Shown here: positions 37,415 through 46,491 of the stretch, piece by piece
Position numbering within the stretch: position 1 is the first letter of the stretch
Layout of the letters: every line of letters starts with the position of its first letter
Assembly (NCBI GenBank): GCA_039714075.1
Contig: JBDLKA010000017.1
Span: 1-50,907, forward strand
Direction of reading: 5' to 3'
Source: Candidatus Krumholzibacteriota bacterium
GTDB lineage: Bacteria; Krumholzibacteriota; Krumholzibacteriia; LZORAL124-64-63
DNA: 50,907 nucleotides
The notes under the pieces: generated by a model
Database searches by the model: none
What the model was told of the DNA's origin: nothing
Seen by the model: only the letters and a program-made list of their open reading frames with translations
Made by a program: the position numbers and the translations under genes

Positions 37415-38491
37415 ATGGACCACCTGTTGACCCTGTTCGGCAATCTGAAATCCGTCATCATGGGCACGGCCCTGGTCGTGGCGGTCGTCATCGTCCTGGG
37501 AATATTGAACCGGGGCCTGCAGCGCAACGCCGCCAAGGTCGTCGGACGGCGGTTTCGCAACCAGCTGATCATGACCGGCGCCGGTTTCTGCGGCCTGCTG
37601 ATCATTATCCTGGGATTGCCCATCGATTCCACTACGCGCGGCCAGTTGCTGAGCCTGATCGGAATCATCATCTCCGCGGCCATCGCCCTGAGTTCGTCCA
37701 CCATCCTGGGCAACGCCATGGCCGGCATCATGCTCAAGACCGTGCGCAATTTCCACTCGGGCGATTTCATCCAGGCCGAAAACTATCTCGGGCGCGTCAC
37801 GGAGCGGGGTCTGTTCCATACCGAGATCCAGACCGCGGACCGCGACCTGGTCACCCTGCCCAACATGTACCTGGCCACCACCCCGGTGACGGTGGTGCGG
37901 TCGTCCGGAACGATAGTCTCGGCCACGGTATCGTTGGGTTACGACATCCCCCACACCAGGATCGAGGAGCTTCTCCTGAAAGCCGCCACCGGCATCGGCC
38001 TCAAGGACTCCTTCGTGCAGGTGCTCGATCTGGGGGACTTCTCGGTCAACTACCGGGTGGCGGGGTTGCTGGAGGAATCGAAACAGCTGCTCGCCTACCG
38101 TTCCCGCCTGCGGGCCGCCATCCTGGACACCCTCCATAAGGGAGGGGTGGAAATCGTCTCACCCAATTTCCAGAACCTGCGCAACTACGATCCCCAAAAG
38201 AACTTCATCCCCGCAAAAGTGCGCGGCAGGAAGGAACAGATTATCGATGCCGCCCCGGTGGAAGTGGCGTTCGACAAGGCCGAGGTGGCCGAATCCATAT
38301 CCGCCCTGTCCAAGGAACAATCCGAACTCGAGGAGCAGCTGAAGGAAGCCCGGCAGGCGGTTAAAGACGCCAAGGAGGACGGGGAAAAGGAAAAAGCCGA
38401 AAAACAGGTGACCCTGCTCGAGGGCCAACTGGAAGAACACGCCCAGACCATGGATGAAGCCCGCGACAAGGAAAAGGAACACGACACCTGA
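37415..38491 (+). CDS. mscS: Small-conductance mechanosensitive channel with C-terminal coiled coil
   Basis: Three TM segments, GNAMAGIML, GDFI...GRVTERGLFHTEI...VTLPN, charged helical tail. Confidence 0.85.
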   Translation: MDHLLTLFGNLKSVIMGTALVVAVVIVLGILNRGLQRNAAKVVGRRFRNQLIMTGAGFCGLLIIILGLPIDSTTRGQLLSLIGIIISAAIALSSSTILGNAMAGIMLKTVRNFHSGDFIQAENYLGRVTERGLFHTEIQTADRDLVTLPNMYLATTPVTVVRSSGTIVSATVSLGYDIPHTRIEELLLKAATGIGLKDSFVQVLDLGDFSVNYRVAGLLEESKQLLAYRSRLRAAILDTLHKGGVEIVSPNFQNLRNYDPQKNFIPAKVRGRKEQIIDAAPVEVAFDKAEVAESISALSKEQSELEEQLKEARQAVKDAKEDGEKEKAEKQVTLLEGQLEEHAQTMDEARDKEKEHDT

Positions 38492-38494
38492 TCG

Positions 38495-38935
38495 TCAATA
38501 ACCCTCCCGGGCCCACTCCAGAAGGATGTCGCGGTCCCGGTCCGAGAGGCGGGCTTCCCGGTGTCCCAGGACATAACCGCGCAGAGGCATGGTGCCGTCC
38601 ACAAGCTGCTTTTCGATGTCGCGCAGCAGATGGCCCCGGGCCTCAAGGTCGAACAGGGGCCACTGGGAGAAATTCAGGTCCGCCCGCCCTTCTTCCACAT
38701 GCCCGGCCAGCCACCAGGAGACCGGAGCCAGGCGGCTGTACCAGGGCCAGCGTGTTTCGTGGGAATGGCAGTCATAGCAACTGCGCCGCAGGATCTCCTT
38801 CACCCGGTCCGGGGCCACCAGATCCGCTCCCACCGGAGGATTGCTCCGGTCCGCGGGCACGAACTGGATCGCCAGAAACAGCGCCGCGAATAACGCGGCG
38901 CCGAGGAACATCTTTCGCGGGACGGACCGTGGCAT
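38495..38935 (-). CDS. Monoheme cytochrome c, heme-binding domain family
   Basis: SCYDCHS, WPWYS..APVSW, LNFSQW, MPLRGY. Confidence 0.88.
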   Translation of the reverse strand: MPRSVPRKMFLGAALFAALFLAIQFVPADRSNPPVGADLVAPDRVKEILRRSCYDCHSHETRWPWYSRLAPVSWWLAGHVEEGRADLNFSQWPLFDLEARGHLLRDIEKQLVDGTMPLRGYVLGHREARLSDRDRDILLEWAREGY

Positions 38936-38950
38936 GGGATCCCCGCATTC

Positions 38951-39697
38951 CTAGTTCTTGACCTGTTCGAGGAGCTTGGCGGCCAATTGGTTGCCGGGAT
39001 CGAGTCTGAGGGCCTCCTGCGCACTGGCCCGGGCGCCCTCTTTGTCTCCTTCAAGGATCAGGATCTGGCACCGCATCAGATGGGTGGGCACATCCTCCGG
39101 ATTCATTTCGGCTCCCATATCCAATACCTTCACCGCGCCGTCCATGTCGCCGCGCACCTGGGCCAGGTTCTCGGCGACCCGGGTCAGGGTGGCGGGGCTG
39201 AAATCGTAGGACCCCGACCCGAAGTATTCCTCTCTCAGTTCACGGTATCTGGCGATCCCGACGTCGGCACCGTTCTTCTCGATGGTGTCCAGCATGACCA
39301 CGTCCAGGGTCCGGGGGTCCTCCAGTCCTCGATGGCACGTTATGCACTTGACCTTGGCTCCCTGCTTACCCGTGGCGTTCGGCAAAAGCTCGCTGTTGAT
39401 GTTCCGGACCATGGTCATCATGCCCCGCGCCGCCTCCTTGTGCTCGAGGTCATCGCTCACCCAGTCGATGCTGTCGAAATCACCAGGGGTTTTTTGAACA
39501 TGGCAATAGGTGCAACGTACGCCCAGGGACATGGAAAAATCCCGCATCGCGCCCATGAGCTGCCGTTTCCCGATGTCCTTGGGAAAAACCTTCAGGTTGG
39601 TGAACGTATCGGGAACCTCGGCCCGTGCCGATCCGGTGGCCAGAGCGGCCAGCAATAATCCGACTACGGCCGCACTGGTGGAAAGCTTGATCTTCAT
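38951..39697 (-). CDS. Diheme c-type cytochrome (reaction-centre cytochrome c-like) with C-terminal TPR-like helices
   Basis: Start at 39697 after GGAGGAG; signal peptide; NLKVFP, LGVRCTYCH, KCITCHRG; helical repeat tail. Confidence 0.85.
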   Translation of the reverse strand: MKIKLSTSAAVVGLLLAALATGSARAEVPDTFTNLKVFPKDIGKRQLMGAMRDFSMSLGVRCTYCHVQKTPGDFDSIDWVSDDLEHKEAARGMMTMVRNINSELLPNATGKQGAKVKCITCHRGLEDPRTLDVVMLDTIEKNGADVGIARYRELREEYFGSGSYDFSPATLTRVAENLAQVRGDMDGAVKVLDMGAEMNPEDVPTHLMRCQILILEGDKEGARASAQEALRLDPGNQLAAKLLEQVKN

Positions 39698-39876
39698 GAC
39701 TCCTCCGTATGGTCTGGTAGGGTTGGGGCGGTTTTTCGTAGACAATATCAATACTCGAATTATCCGCCAGGTCAAGGCAGCGTGCCTGATACAGATTGCG
39801 GGAGTGGAAAATTCCAATTCATGCTAGCATGGCCCCTGGTCGAAAATCGACATTCCGGATTTCGTGGAGGGTGCTG

Positions 39877-40494
39877 ATGATTGATCGCGAGGGACGGCCT
39901 TTTTTGGGACTGGGGTTTTTGACGAGAAGCCTTTTGGCGGCAGCCTTTATGGCGGTCATTCTTGTTCCGGCCGCCGGGGCCCAGGAGGAGCCCGAACCCC
40001 AGGACCCGCCAACGGTTTCCCAAACGGCCCCTCAACCCGCCCCTTCGCCCCGGCCTGGTCCCGACCCGGGGCCCTTCGGCAAAGGCAGGGTCCGCATCGG
40101 CTTCTATGGCGGCGCGGGCAGCGCCGGGGGCCAATCCTACGTTATCCTGGGCGGCGGTGCCGGTTATTACCTGGTCAACGGGCTCGAAGCCGGCGTCGAC
40201 CTGGAGGGCTGGGTCTTCCAGAGCCCCTCCATCTGGAAAGTGACCCCCCAGCTTCGTTACATCCTGTGGCAGATGCAACCCATCCACCCCTATGCGGGGG
40301 TTTTCTGGCGCAAGACCTACGTCGGCGGCAACTGGCCCGACTACGATTCCTGGGGTGCCCGCGGCGGCATCGCCTACCGCAAAGGCGGCAACTACCTGGC
40401 CGTGGGCCTCGTGTACGAAAAATTCGAAAACAACCTGTTCGACCAGGACAACTACACCATCTATCCCGAAATCGCTTTCTGGATTTCCTTCTAG
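39877..40494 (+). CDS. Small outer-membrane beta-barrel protein
   Basis: Signal peptide, Pro-rich linker, alternating aromatic/Gly strands, C-terminal Phe. Confidence 0.75.
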   Translation: MIDREGRPFLGLGFLTRSLLAAAFMAVILVPAAGAQEEPEPQDPPTVSQTAPQPAPSPRPGPDPGPFGKGRVRIGFYGGAGSAGGQSYVILGGGAGYYLVNGLEAGVDLEGWVFQSPSIWKVTPQLRYILWQMQPIHPYAGVFWRKTYVGGNWPDYDSWGARGGIAYRKGGNYLAVGLVYEKFENNLFDQDNYTIYPEIAFWISF

Positions 40495-40507
40495 GAGGGT
40501 GACCGCC

Positions 40508-40882
40508 ATGCCCGGGGACCGCCGCAACGCCGCCATCAGGGTGCTCATGATGCCCCGGGACACCAACCATCACGGGACCATTTTCGGCGGGGTGATCCTC
40601 AGCTACATCGATCAGGCCGGCGCGGTGGGCGCCATCCGGCACGGCTGCCGCCAGGTGGTCACCGTCGCCATGGACCGGATCGTCTTCCACCAGCCGGTGC
40701 AGGTGGGCGACCTGGTCAGTTTCTACGCCGAAATTATCAAGGTGGGCCGCACCTCGCTCGAGGTGCTGGTGACCGTGGAAGCCACCCGCCGCTCGGACGG
40801 TGAAATCGTGGCCGTGACCCAGGCCGAGGTCACGTATGTGCACGTCGACGACAAAGGCAAACCGGTCCCGGTTCCCGACTGA
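40508..40882 (+). CDS. Acyl-CoA thioesterase (hotdog fold, YciA-like)
   Basis: MPRDTNHHGTIFGG, VVTVAMD, GRTSLEV, YVHVD. Confidence 0.93.
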   Translation: MPGDRRNAAIRVLMMPRDTNHHGTIFGGVILSYIDQAGAVGAIRHGCRQVVTVAMDRIVFHQPVQVGDLVSFYAEIIKVGRTSLEVLVTVEATRRSDGEIVAVTQAEVTYVHVDDKGKPVPVPD

Positions 40883-41046
40883 TTCCGAACCTTGAATTGC
40901 GTCTTTTCTGCTCAATCATTTCGAATTCAACCCCCTGATATTTTTTTGACATCTCATAGTGAACAACTAGTAATTCGTTGTCTTTAAACTATTTATGTTG
41001 ATTTTTCTTGAAATTACCCTTGCATTCCCCCGGCGTTGTCCAATAT

Positions 41047-41059
41047 TTAACTTAGTTAA
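41047..41059. promoter_or_regulatory. Palindrome TTAACT-T-AGTTAA, candidate MarR operator
   Basis: Perfect inverted repeat 18 nt upstream of the MarR ATG, downstream of a TTGCAT -35-like hexamer at 41020. Confidence 0.5.
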
Positions 41060-41077
41060 CTTTAAATGAGGTTAAAC

Positions 41078-41632
41078 ATGAAAAAAATAGACCGGGAACT
41101 CAGCGAAAACATCCGGATCATGGCTTTGGTCATCGCCGACATCTGCCACCGCAGCACACTGCAGAAAGCCAGCTCCGTCCACCTGACCCGCAACCAATTC
41201 ACCATCCTGAAGGTCCTGTCCACCCAGGGTGACTTTCAGATCAGCGATCTGGCCAGACTGTTGGACATCAGCAATGCCGCCATCAGCAAAAACATCGACC
41301 GGCTCGAACAACTGGGACTGGTGGCCAGGCAAACCAAACCCGATGACCGTCGCAGTCTGGATCTCGTTCTTCTCAATGAAGGGTATGTGATCCTCGACGA
41401 ATACGACCGGATCCTCGGTGATAAGCAGAAACACCTGATGGAGCAGTTCTCCGGCCGGGAGAAGAAAGCCCTCCTGGATATGGTGAAGAAGGTCATCACG
41501 TTCACCCTCGCCGAGGAACAGGACACCGAGGTGATCTGCCTGCAATGCGGGGGCAACTGCGGAGACAGTTGCGTGATCGAAACCTGCCAGGGTCTTTGCA
41601 CCCTGCCGGCAAGGAAAAAAGCCTCCCGGTAA
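41078..41632 (+). CDS. MarR-family regulator with C-terminal six-Cys extension
   Basis: LTRNQFTIL, ISKNIDRLEQLGLV, DDRR; tail CLQCGGNCGDSCVIETCQGLC. Confidence 0.9.
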   Translation: MKKIDRELSENIRIMALVIADICHRSTLQKASSVHLTRNQFTILKVLSTQGDFQISDLARLLDISNAAISKNIDRLEQLGLVARQTKPDDRRSLDLVLLNEGYVILDEYDRILGDKQKHLMEQFSGREKKALLDMVKKVITFTLAEEQDTEVICLQCGGNCGDSCVIETCQGLCTLPARKKASR

Positions 41633-41699
41633 TCCGCCGGGGCGAAACAAGGGGGTCCGGACAGGGGTCCGGGCGTGAAGGGAAGAGGAGGACAACATC

Positions 41700-42599
41700 A
41701 TGGTCAGTCGTCGGGATTTTCTCAAAATCACGGGGACGGCGGCGGGTACCGCGGCCTTGACGGCGGTCGGAGCCGAAGCATCCGCGCCGCATCCCAAACT
41801 GGATCCGGACAGGTTGGGCGTCCTGACCGACACGACCCTCTGCATCGGCTGCCGCCGCTGCGAATGGGCCTGCGCCGAACAGAACGATCTTCCCCACGGG
41901 GATCTGGAATCCTTCGGCGACACCAGCGTGTTCGATGAGATGAGGCGGCCGCACCGCGATTCGTACACCGTGGTCAACCGGTACTCTCCCGCTCCCGGCT
42001 CCGACAAGCCCCTCGACGTCAAGGTCCAGTGCCTGCACTGCGAGCACCCGGCCTGCGTGTCGGCCTGCATCGTGGCCGCCCTCGAGAAATCCCCCCGGGG
42101 ACCGGTTGTCTATGACGCCTGGAAATGCATCGGCTGCCGCTACTGCATGATCGCCTGCCCGTTCCAGATTCCGGCGTATGAATACCAGGACCCGCTCACT
42201 CCAAGGGTCATGAAGTGCACCATGTGCGCCGAACGGACCCTGGATGAAGGGCGCCCTCCCGCCTGCGTGGAGATGTGCCCACCCGAAGCCCTGGTCTTCG
42301 GCCGCAGGTCCGAACTCCTGGAACTCGCCCACCGGCGAATCGCCGAAAATCCCGGCCGGTATCATCCGGAAGTCCTCGGGGAAAAAATCACCGGGGGGAC
42401 GTCCTGGCTGATGCTCACCGACCGGCCGCCGGCCGAGATCGACATTCCCGATCTTCCCGACGAAAGTCCGGCGGTGATCACCGAAACCATCCAGCACGGA
42501 ATATTCAAGGGTTTTACGGGCCCGCTGATGATGTTCGGGATCCTGAGCATCCTGATGAAATCATCCAGCGACAAGCGGAAGGAGGACGACAATGGCTGA
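41700..42599 (+). CDS. Tat-exported multi-[4Fe-4S] subunit (HmcB/HybA-like)
   Basis: SRRDFLK Tat motif; CIGCRRCEWAC, CLHCEHPACVSAC, CIGCRYCMIACP, KCTMC; C-terminal TM. Confidence 0.92.
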   Translation: MVSRRDFLKITGTAAGTAALTAVGAEASAPHPKLDPDRLGVLTDTTLCIGCRRCEWACAEQNDLPHGDLESFGDTSVFDEMRRPHRDSYTVVNRYSPAPGSDKPLDVKVQCLHCEHPACVSACIVAALEKSPRGPVVYDAWKCIGCRYCMIACPFQIPAYEYQDPLTPRVMKCTMCAERTLDEGRPPACVEMCPPEALVFGRRSELLELAHRRIAENPGRYHPEVLGEKITGGTSWLMLTDRPPAEIDIPDLPDESPAVITETIQHGIFKGFTGPLMMFGILSILMKSSSDKRKEDDNG

Positions 42600-43905
42600 C
42601 TCCATGCAACATGACAGGGCGGCAATCCTGGACAAGGAAGCCCCCATCGCCATTTCCATCTCCGTGGACGACCCGTCCCTGGACCACCACGAGGCCCTTC
42701 CCCTGGCCGGCCGTTCCGCGGTCCCCTTCTTCACCCCCGGGGTGATCGTGCTGTCGATCCTGGCCGCGGCCGGACTGGCCGTCCTGGCGGCCCGGCTGTT
42801 CTTCGGTCTGGAGGCCGTGACCAATTTCAACGACCAGTATCCCTGGGGCATCTGGATCGGCATCGACGTGGCCTCGGGCGTCGCCCTGGCCGCCGGCGGT
42901 TTCACCATGGCCTTCATTGCCCACGTGATGAATAACGAGAAGTACCACGTCCTGGTCCGGCCCGCGCTGCTGACCGCGGCCATCGGCTACACCTTCGTGG
43001 GTCTCGGCGTCGCCATCGACCTGGGCCGCTACTACAACATCTGGCACGTGATGGTGCCCTCGATGTGGCAGGGCAACTCCGCCCTCTTCGAGGTCGGCAT
43101 GTGCGTCATGATCTATCTGACGGTGCTATACATCGAGTTTTTGCCCATCGTGTGCGAACGTTTCATCGGCCGGGTGAACCTGCCGGGTGTGCTGGGCAGG
43201 CTGAACGGTTTTCTGGATGGGCTGCTGCGCATCCTGGACAAGACCCTGGCCAGGGTGATGACCTTCTTCATCATCGCCGGGGTTGTCCTGTCCTGCGCCC
43301 ACCAGTCCTCCCTCGGGACGCTGATGGCCATCGCCCCGAGCAAGCTTCACCCCCTGTGGCACACTCCGGTGCTGCCCCTGCTCTTCCTGCTGTCGGCCTT
43401 CGCGGTGGGCCTGGCCATGGCCATCTTCGAATCGGTCCTGGCCTCGCGGTCGTTCAAGCGGCCCATCGAGATGCACGTGCTCAGCCCGCTGGCCCGCATG
43501 GTCCCCCTGCTGCTGACGGTCTACTTCGCGGCCAAGGTCATCGACCTGGTCAACCGGGACGCCTGGCGCTTCCTGTTCGAGGCGAACTTCCGCGCGTTGA
43601 TGTTCTGGATCGAGGTCGGCGTGGGCGTGGTCATTCCGACCTTCCTGTTCCTGAGCCACCGGCTCCGGCGGCATCCCGTCTGGCTCTTCACCTCGGCGGC
43701 CATGATCGTGTTCGGGGTCGTGCTCAACCGGTTCAACGTCTTCGTCACCGGCTACACCCCACCCTACGGCGAAGGCAGGTATTTTCCCGCCTGGACGGAA
43801 GTCATGCTGACCGTGGGGATGATTTCCCTGATCGTCGTGCTCTACCGGATCTGGGTTTTCGTCTTCCCCGTCCTGCCCGCCGAGGAGGAGGTCGAACATG
43901 CGTGA
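42592..43905 (+). CDS. NrfD/PsrC-family integral membrane subunit (HmcC/HybB-like)
   Basis: YPWGIWIGIDVASGVALAAGGF, DLGRYYN, HQSSLG, LNRFN. Confidence 0.92.
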   Translation: MADSMQHDRAAILDKEAPIAISISVDDPSLDHHEALPLAGRSAVPFFTPGVIVLSILAAAGLAVLAARLFFGLEAVTNFNDQYPWGIWIGIDVASGVALAAGGFTMAFIAHVMNNEKYHVLVRPALLTAAIGYTFVGLGVAIDLGRYYNIWHVMVPSMWQGNSALFEVGMCVMIYLTVLYIEFLPIVCERFIGRVNLPGVLGRLNGFLDGLLRILDKTLARVMTFFIIAGVVLSCAHQSSLGTLMAIAPSKLHPLWHTPVLPLLFLLSAFAVGLAMAIFESVLASRSFKRPIEMHVLSPLARMVPLLLTVYFAAKVIDLVNRDAWRFLFEANFRALMFWIEVGVGVVIPTFLFLSHRLRRHPVWLFTSAAMIVFGVVLNRFNVFVTGYTPPYGEGRYFPAWTEVMLTVGMISLIVVLYRIWVFVFPVLPAEEEVEHA

Positions 43906-45046
43906 ATCATCGATTTTCCAGTGGCTGCTTCCCGGGTTGATCCTGCTGGCGGTCCCGACCTGGGCCGGGGCCCAGATCGTGGAACCCTCCCACCCCGAAG
44001 ACCACCTTCACAAGGCGAAGCCCGACCGGGTGACCGCCTGTGCGGTCTGCCACACCTGCCAGCACCCGACACCGGATGATCCCTGCCTGGCCGATTGTCC
44101 CCGTCACGGTGGACATTTCTACGGCCACCACGAGGCGACCGAAGGACCGGAGATCGTCATCATCGACCAGCTGGCGGATCTTTACCGGCCCGTCGTTTTC
44201 GCCCATCGTCTCCACGCGGACATGTCAAACATGACGGGCGGCTGCGAGAACTGCCATCACTACTCCGAACAGACGGGGGTCATCCCTCCCTGCCGGGAGT
44301 GCCACGACGAGACCAAGGGCCCGGTCAGCCTGAACCAGCCCGCGCTGAAGGGCGCCTATCACCGGCAATGCATGAACTGCCACATGGACTGGAGTCACGA
44401 AAGCGCCTGCGGGTTCTGTCACGAACAGGTCCACGAGGGCATGGGCTCGGCGATTCCCGACACCACCGACATCGTGGGCATCCCCCATCCCAAGATCGAA
44501 GCGGTGCCGACCTACACCTACGAAACCGGCTACGACAAGGGGGAACTGGTCACCTTCCATCACAACGACCACGTGGACATGTTCGGGCTCAAATGCGTCG
44601 ACTGCCACCGGGGCGACAGCTGCAGCCGGTGTCACGACGAGGGCCAGGCCCGGTCCGGACGGCTGGATCACGTGACCACCTGCTGCGCCTGTCACGGGGA
44701 ACGGGATTGCGGATTCTGCCATTCCGAGGTCGCCAAACCGATGTTCGAACATACCAGGACCGCGGGCTGGGCCCTGAACCCCCATCACACCGATGTGGCC
44801 TGCAACACCTGCCACGGATCACCCCGGGATTTCCGCACGCCGTCGAACAAGTGCACTTCCTGCCACATCCACTGGCAGGTGGGTGACTTCGATCATCGCG
44901 TCACCGGTCTGATCCTGAACGAGGAACACATGGACCTGGATTGCAGCGACTGCCATCTGGAGATGGACTTCAGCGTCCGCCCCAGCTGCGAGGATTGCCA
45001 CGACGAGCCCATGCTTCCGGAAAAATTACCGGGAACCAGGATGTAA
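43898..45046 (+). CDS. Periplasmic 13-heme cytochrome c (cytochrome c3/HmcA-like)
   Basis: Signal peptide; 13 CxxCH motifs counted; PVVFAHRLH and LKGAYHRQC c3 motifs. Confidence 0.92.
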   Translation: MRESSIFQWLLPGLILLAVPTWAGAQIVEPSHPEDHLHKAKPDRVTACAVCHTCQHPTPDDPCLADCPRHGGHFYGHHEATEGPEIVIIDQLADLYRPVVFAHRLHADMSNMTGGCENCHHYSEQTGVIPPCRECHDETKGPVSLNQPALKGAYHRQCMNCHMDWSHESACGFCHEQVHEGMGSAIPDTTDIVGIPHPKIEAVPTYTYETGYDKGELVTFHHNDHVDMFGLKCVDCHRGDSCSRCHDEGQARSGRLDHVTTCCACHGERDCGFCHSEVAKPMFEHTRTAGWALNPHHTDVACNTCHGSPRDFRTPSNKCTSCHIHWQVGDFDHRVTGLILNEEHMDLDCSDCHLEMDFSVRPSCEDCHDEPMLPEKLPGTRM

Positions 45047-45053
45047 CCGGAGG

Positions 45054-45087
45054 AAAAAAAAGGGGCGGCCGACCGGCCGCCCCTTTT
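45054..45087. terminator. Bidirectional rho-independent terminator between the convergent cytochrome operons
   Basis: AAAAAAAAGGGGCGGCC-gacc-GGCCGCCCCTTTT. Confidence 0.85.
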
Positions 45088-45116
45088 CTATTTCCGGGTC
45101 AATACCCGGGCAGGGA

Positions 45117-46286
45117 TCATTCGATCCCCGGACCGAAGCTGCCGTGCCGGACCCAACGGCGACCGTCGTCGTGGCATTCGTCGCACGTGGACGGCTTCCC
45201 CAGCCCCCTGACATGGCAGTCCGTGCAATCGATCTCCAGGTGGACCTCGTCCAGAACCACCCCGGTGACCCCGTGGTTGAAGTGTTCTTCGTCCCAACCG
45301 TCGAAGTGGCAGGTATGGCAACGGGGATCGTTGGCGGTGTACTTGCCGCGCGTGTGGTGACAGTCATTGCACTGCAGCACCTTGTGGTAGGGCTGCAGCT
45401 CCCAGCCGACCTCGGTGTGGTCGAACAGGTCATTCCTGTTGCGGCCGTGACACTGCTCGCACCCCTTGTCCTCGTCATGGCACTTGTAACAGGTGTCGTG
45501 AAGATCGACGTCGCTGATCAGGCCCAGGGGATGGGATTCCGTGCCGTGCACATGGCAACTGGCGCAGGTCTCGTTCTCGTGACAGACACTGCAGTCCCTG
45601 TCGTAGAGATTCACGTGGTTGGCGTGGTGGAAGGGAACCTTGTCACCGTCATCATAATCCGTCTCGAAAACGATCAGGTCCTTGACCGCGAGCGGCGGCT
45701 TATGATCCATGAACGGCATTTTCGCCATCTGGGCATCGGTCATCCCGCCCACCTTCTTGCGGTGGCAGAACTCGCAATGGGTTTCGGTGTCCCACTCCGT
45801 GTGACAGGCCATGCACTGGCGGTGGTAGGCCGCCTTCAGACCGGGCTCGATCTTGCTGTGCAGGTTTCCGGATTCGTGGCACTCCTTGCAGGCGGGATGA
45901 CCGGCCGAAGGAGGCATGAAGTGATGGCATTCCACGCAGCCGTTGGACATCTCACCCATCTGGGCGTGTTTCTCATGATTGAAATACACCGGGTCGTAGA
46001 CCTTTTCCAGTTCGTCCATGACCATGATTTCCTGGCCCGGGAGCCCCCCTTTGCCGTGAGCCCCTTTGGACCTCATGCAGAAATCCTTGCTGAGACAGAG
46101 ATCCTCGCCGGTGGGAAACTCACAGGTGTGGCACAGGGAACAGACGGTGCCCGAATTGGCGTGGGGCACATAGTCTTCAACTGCCCGGGCCGGCGAACCG
46201 CCGAGCGCCAGACCCAATCCCAACGCGAAGGCCAGGGCCCACAGCAGCCGGGTTGCGGCAGGTTCCGGTTTGTGGAGAATCCGCAT
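45117..46286 (-). CDS. Periplasmic 13-heme cytochrome c, paralogue of 43898-45046
   Basis: Signal peptide; 13 CxxCH motifs; PVYFNHEKH and LKAAYHRQC. Confidence 0.92.
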   Translation of the reverse strand: MRILHKPEPAATRLLWALAFALGLGLALGGSPARAVEDYVPHANSGTVCSLCHTCEFPTGEDLCLSKDFCMRSKGAHGKGGLPGQEIMVMDELEKVYDPVYFNHEKHAQMGEMSNGCVECHHFMPPSAGHPACKECHESGNLHSKIEPGLKAAYHRQCMACHTEWDTETHCEFCHRKKVGGMTDAQMAKMPFMDHKPPLAVKDLIVFETDYDDGDKVPFHHANHVNLYDRDCSVCHENETCASCHVHGTESHPLGLISDVDLHDTCYKCHDEDKGCEQCHGRNRNDLFDHTEVGWELQPYHKVLQCNDCHHTRGKYTANDPRCHTCHFDGWDEEHFNHGVTGVVLDEVHLEIDCTDCHVRGLGKPSTCDECHDDGRRWVRHGSFGPGIE

Positions 46287-46288
46287 AT

Positions 46289-46435
46289 CTAATCCTTTCG
46301 GGCTGTTTTCTTGCCGGTTTTTTTGGGAGCTTCCAGGTTTTTGGTAAAAATCACGAACAACACGAAGTAGAGCAGGACCACCAGGTACTCCAGACCCTTG
46401 GTGGCGAAGATGTCGACGAAAGTGTACTCAGCCAT
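46289..46435 (-). CDS. 48-aa single-TM protein (HmcD-like), not in the ORF track
   Basis: MAEYTFVDIFATKGLEYLVVLLYFVLFVIFTKNLEAPKKTGKKTARKD; AAAGG RBS; its stop lies 2 nt before the cytochrome ATG. Confidence 0.75.
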   Translation of the reverse strand: MAEYTFVDIFATKGLEYLVVLLYFVLFVIFTKNLEAPKKTGKKTARKD

Positions 46436-46491
46436 GATGGCGCCTTTCGGTGGGAGCGACCCCGCGCATCAGGTCGTTCCGCGTCAGTTTC

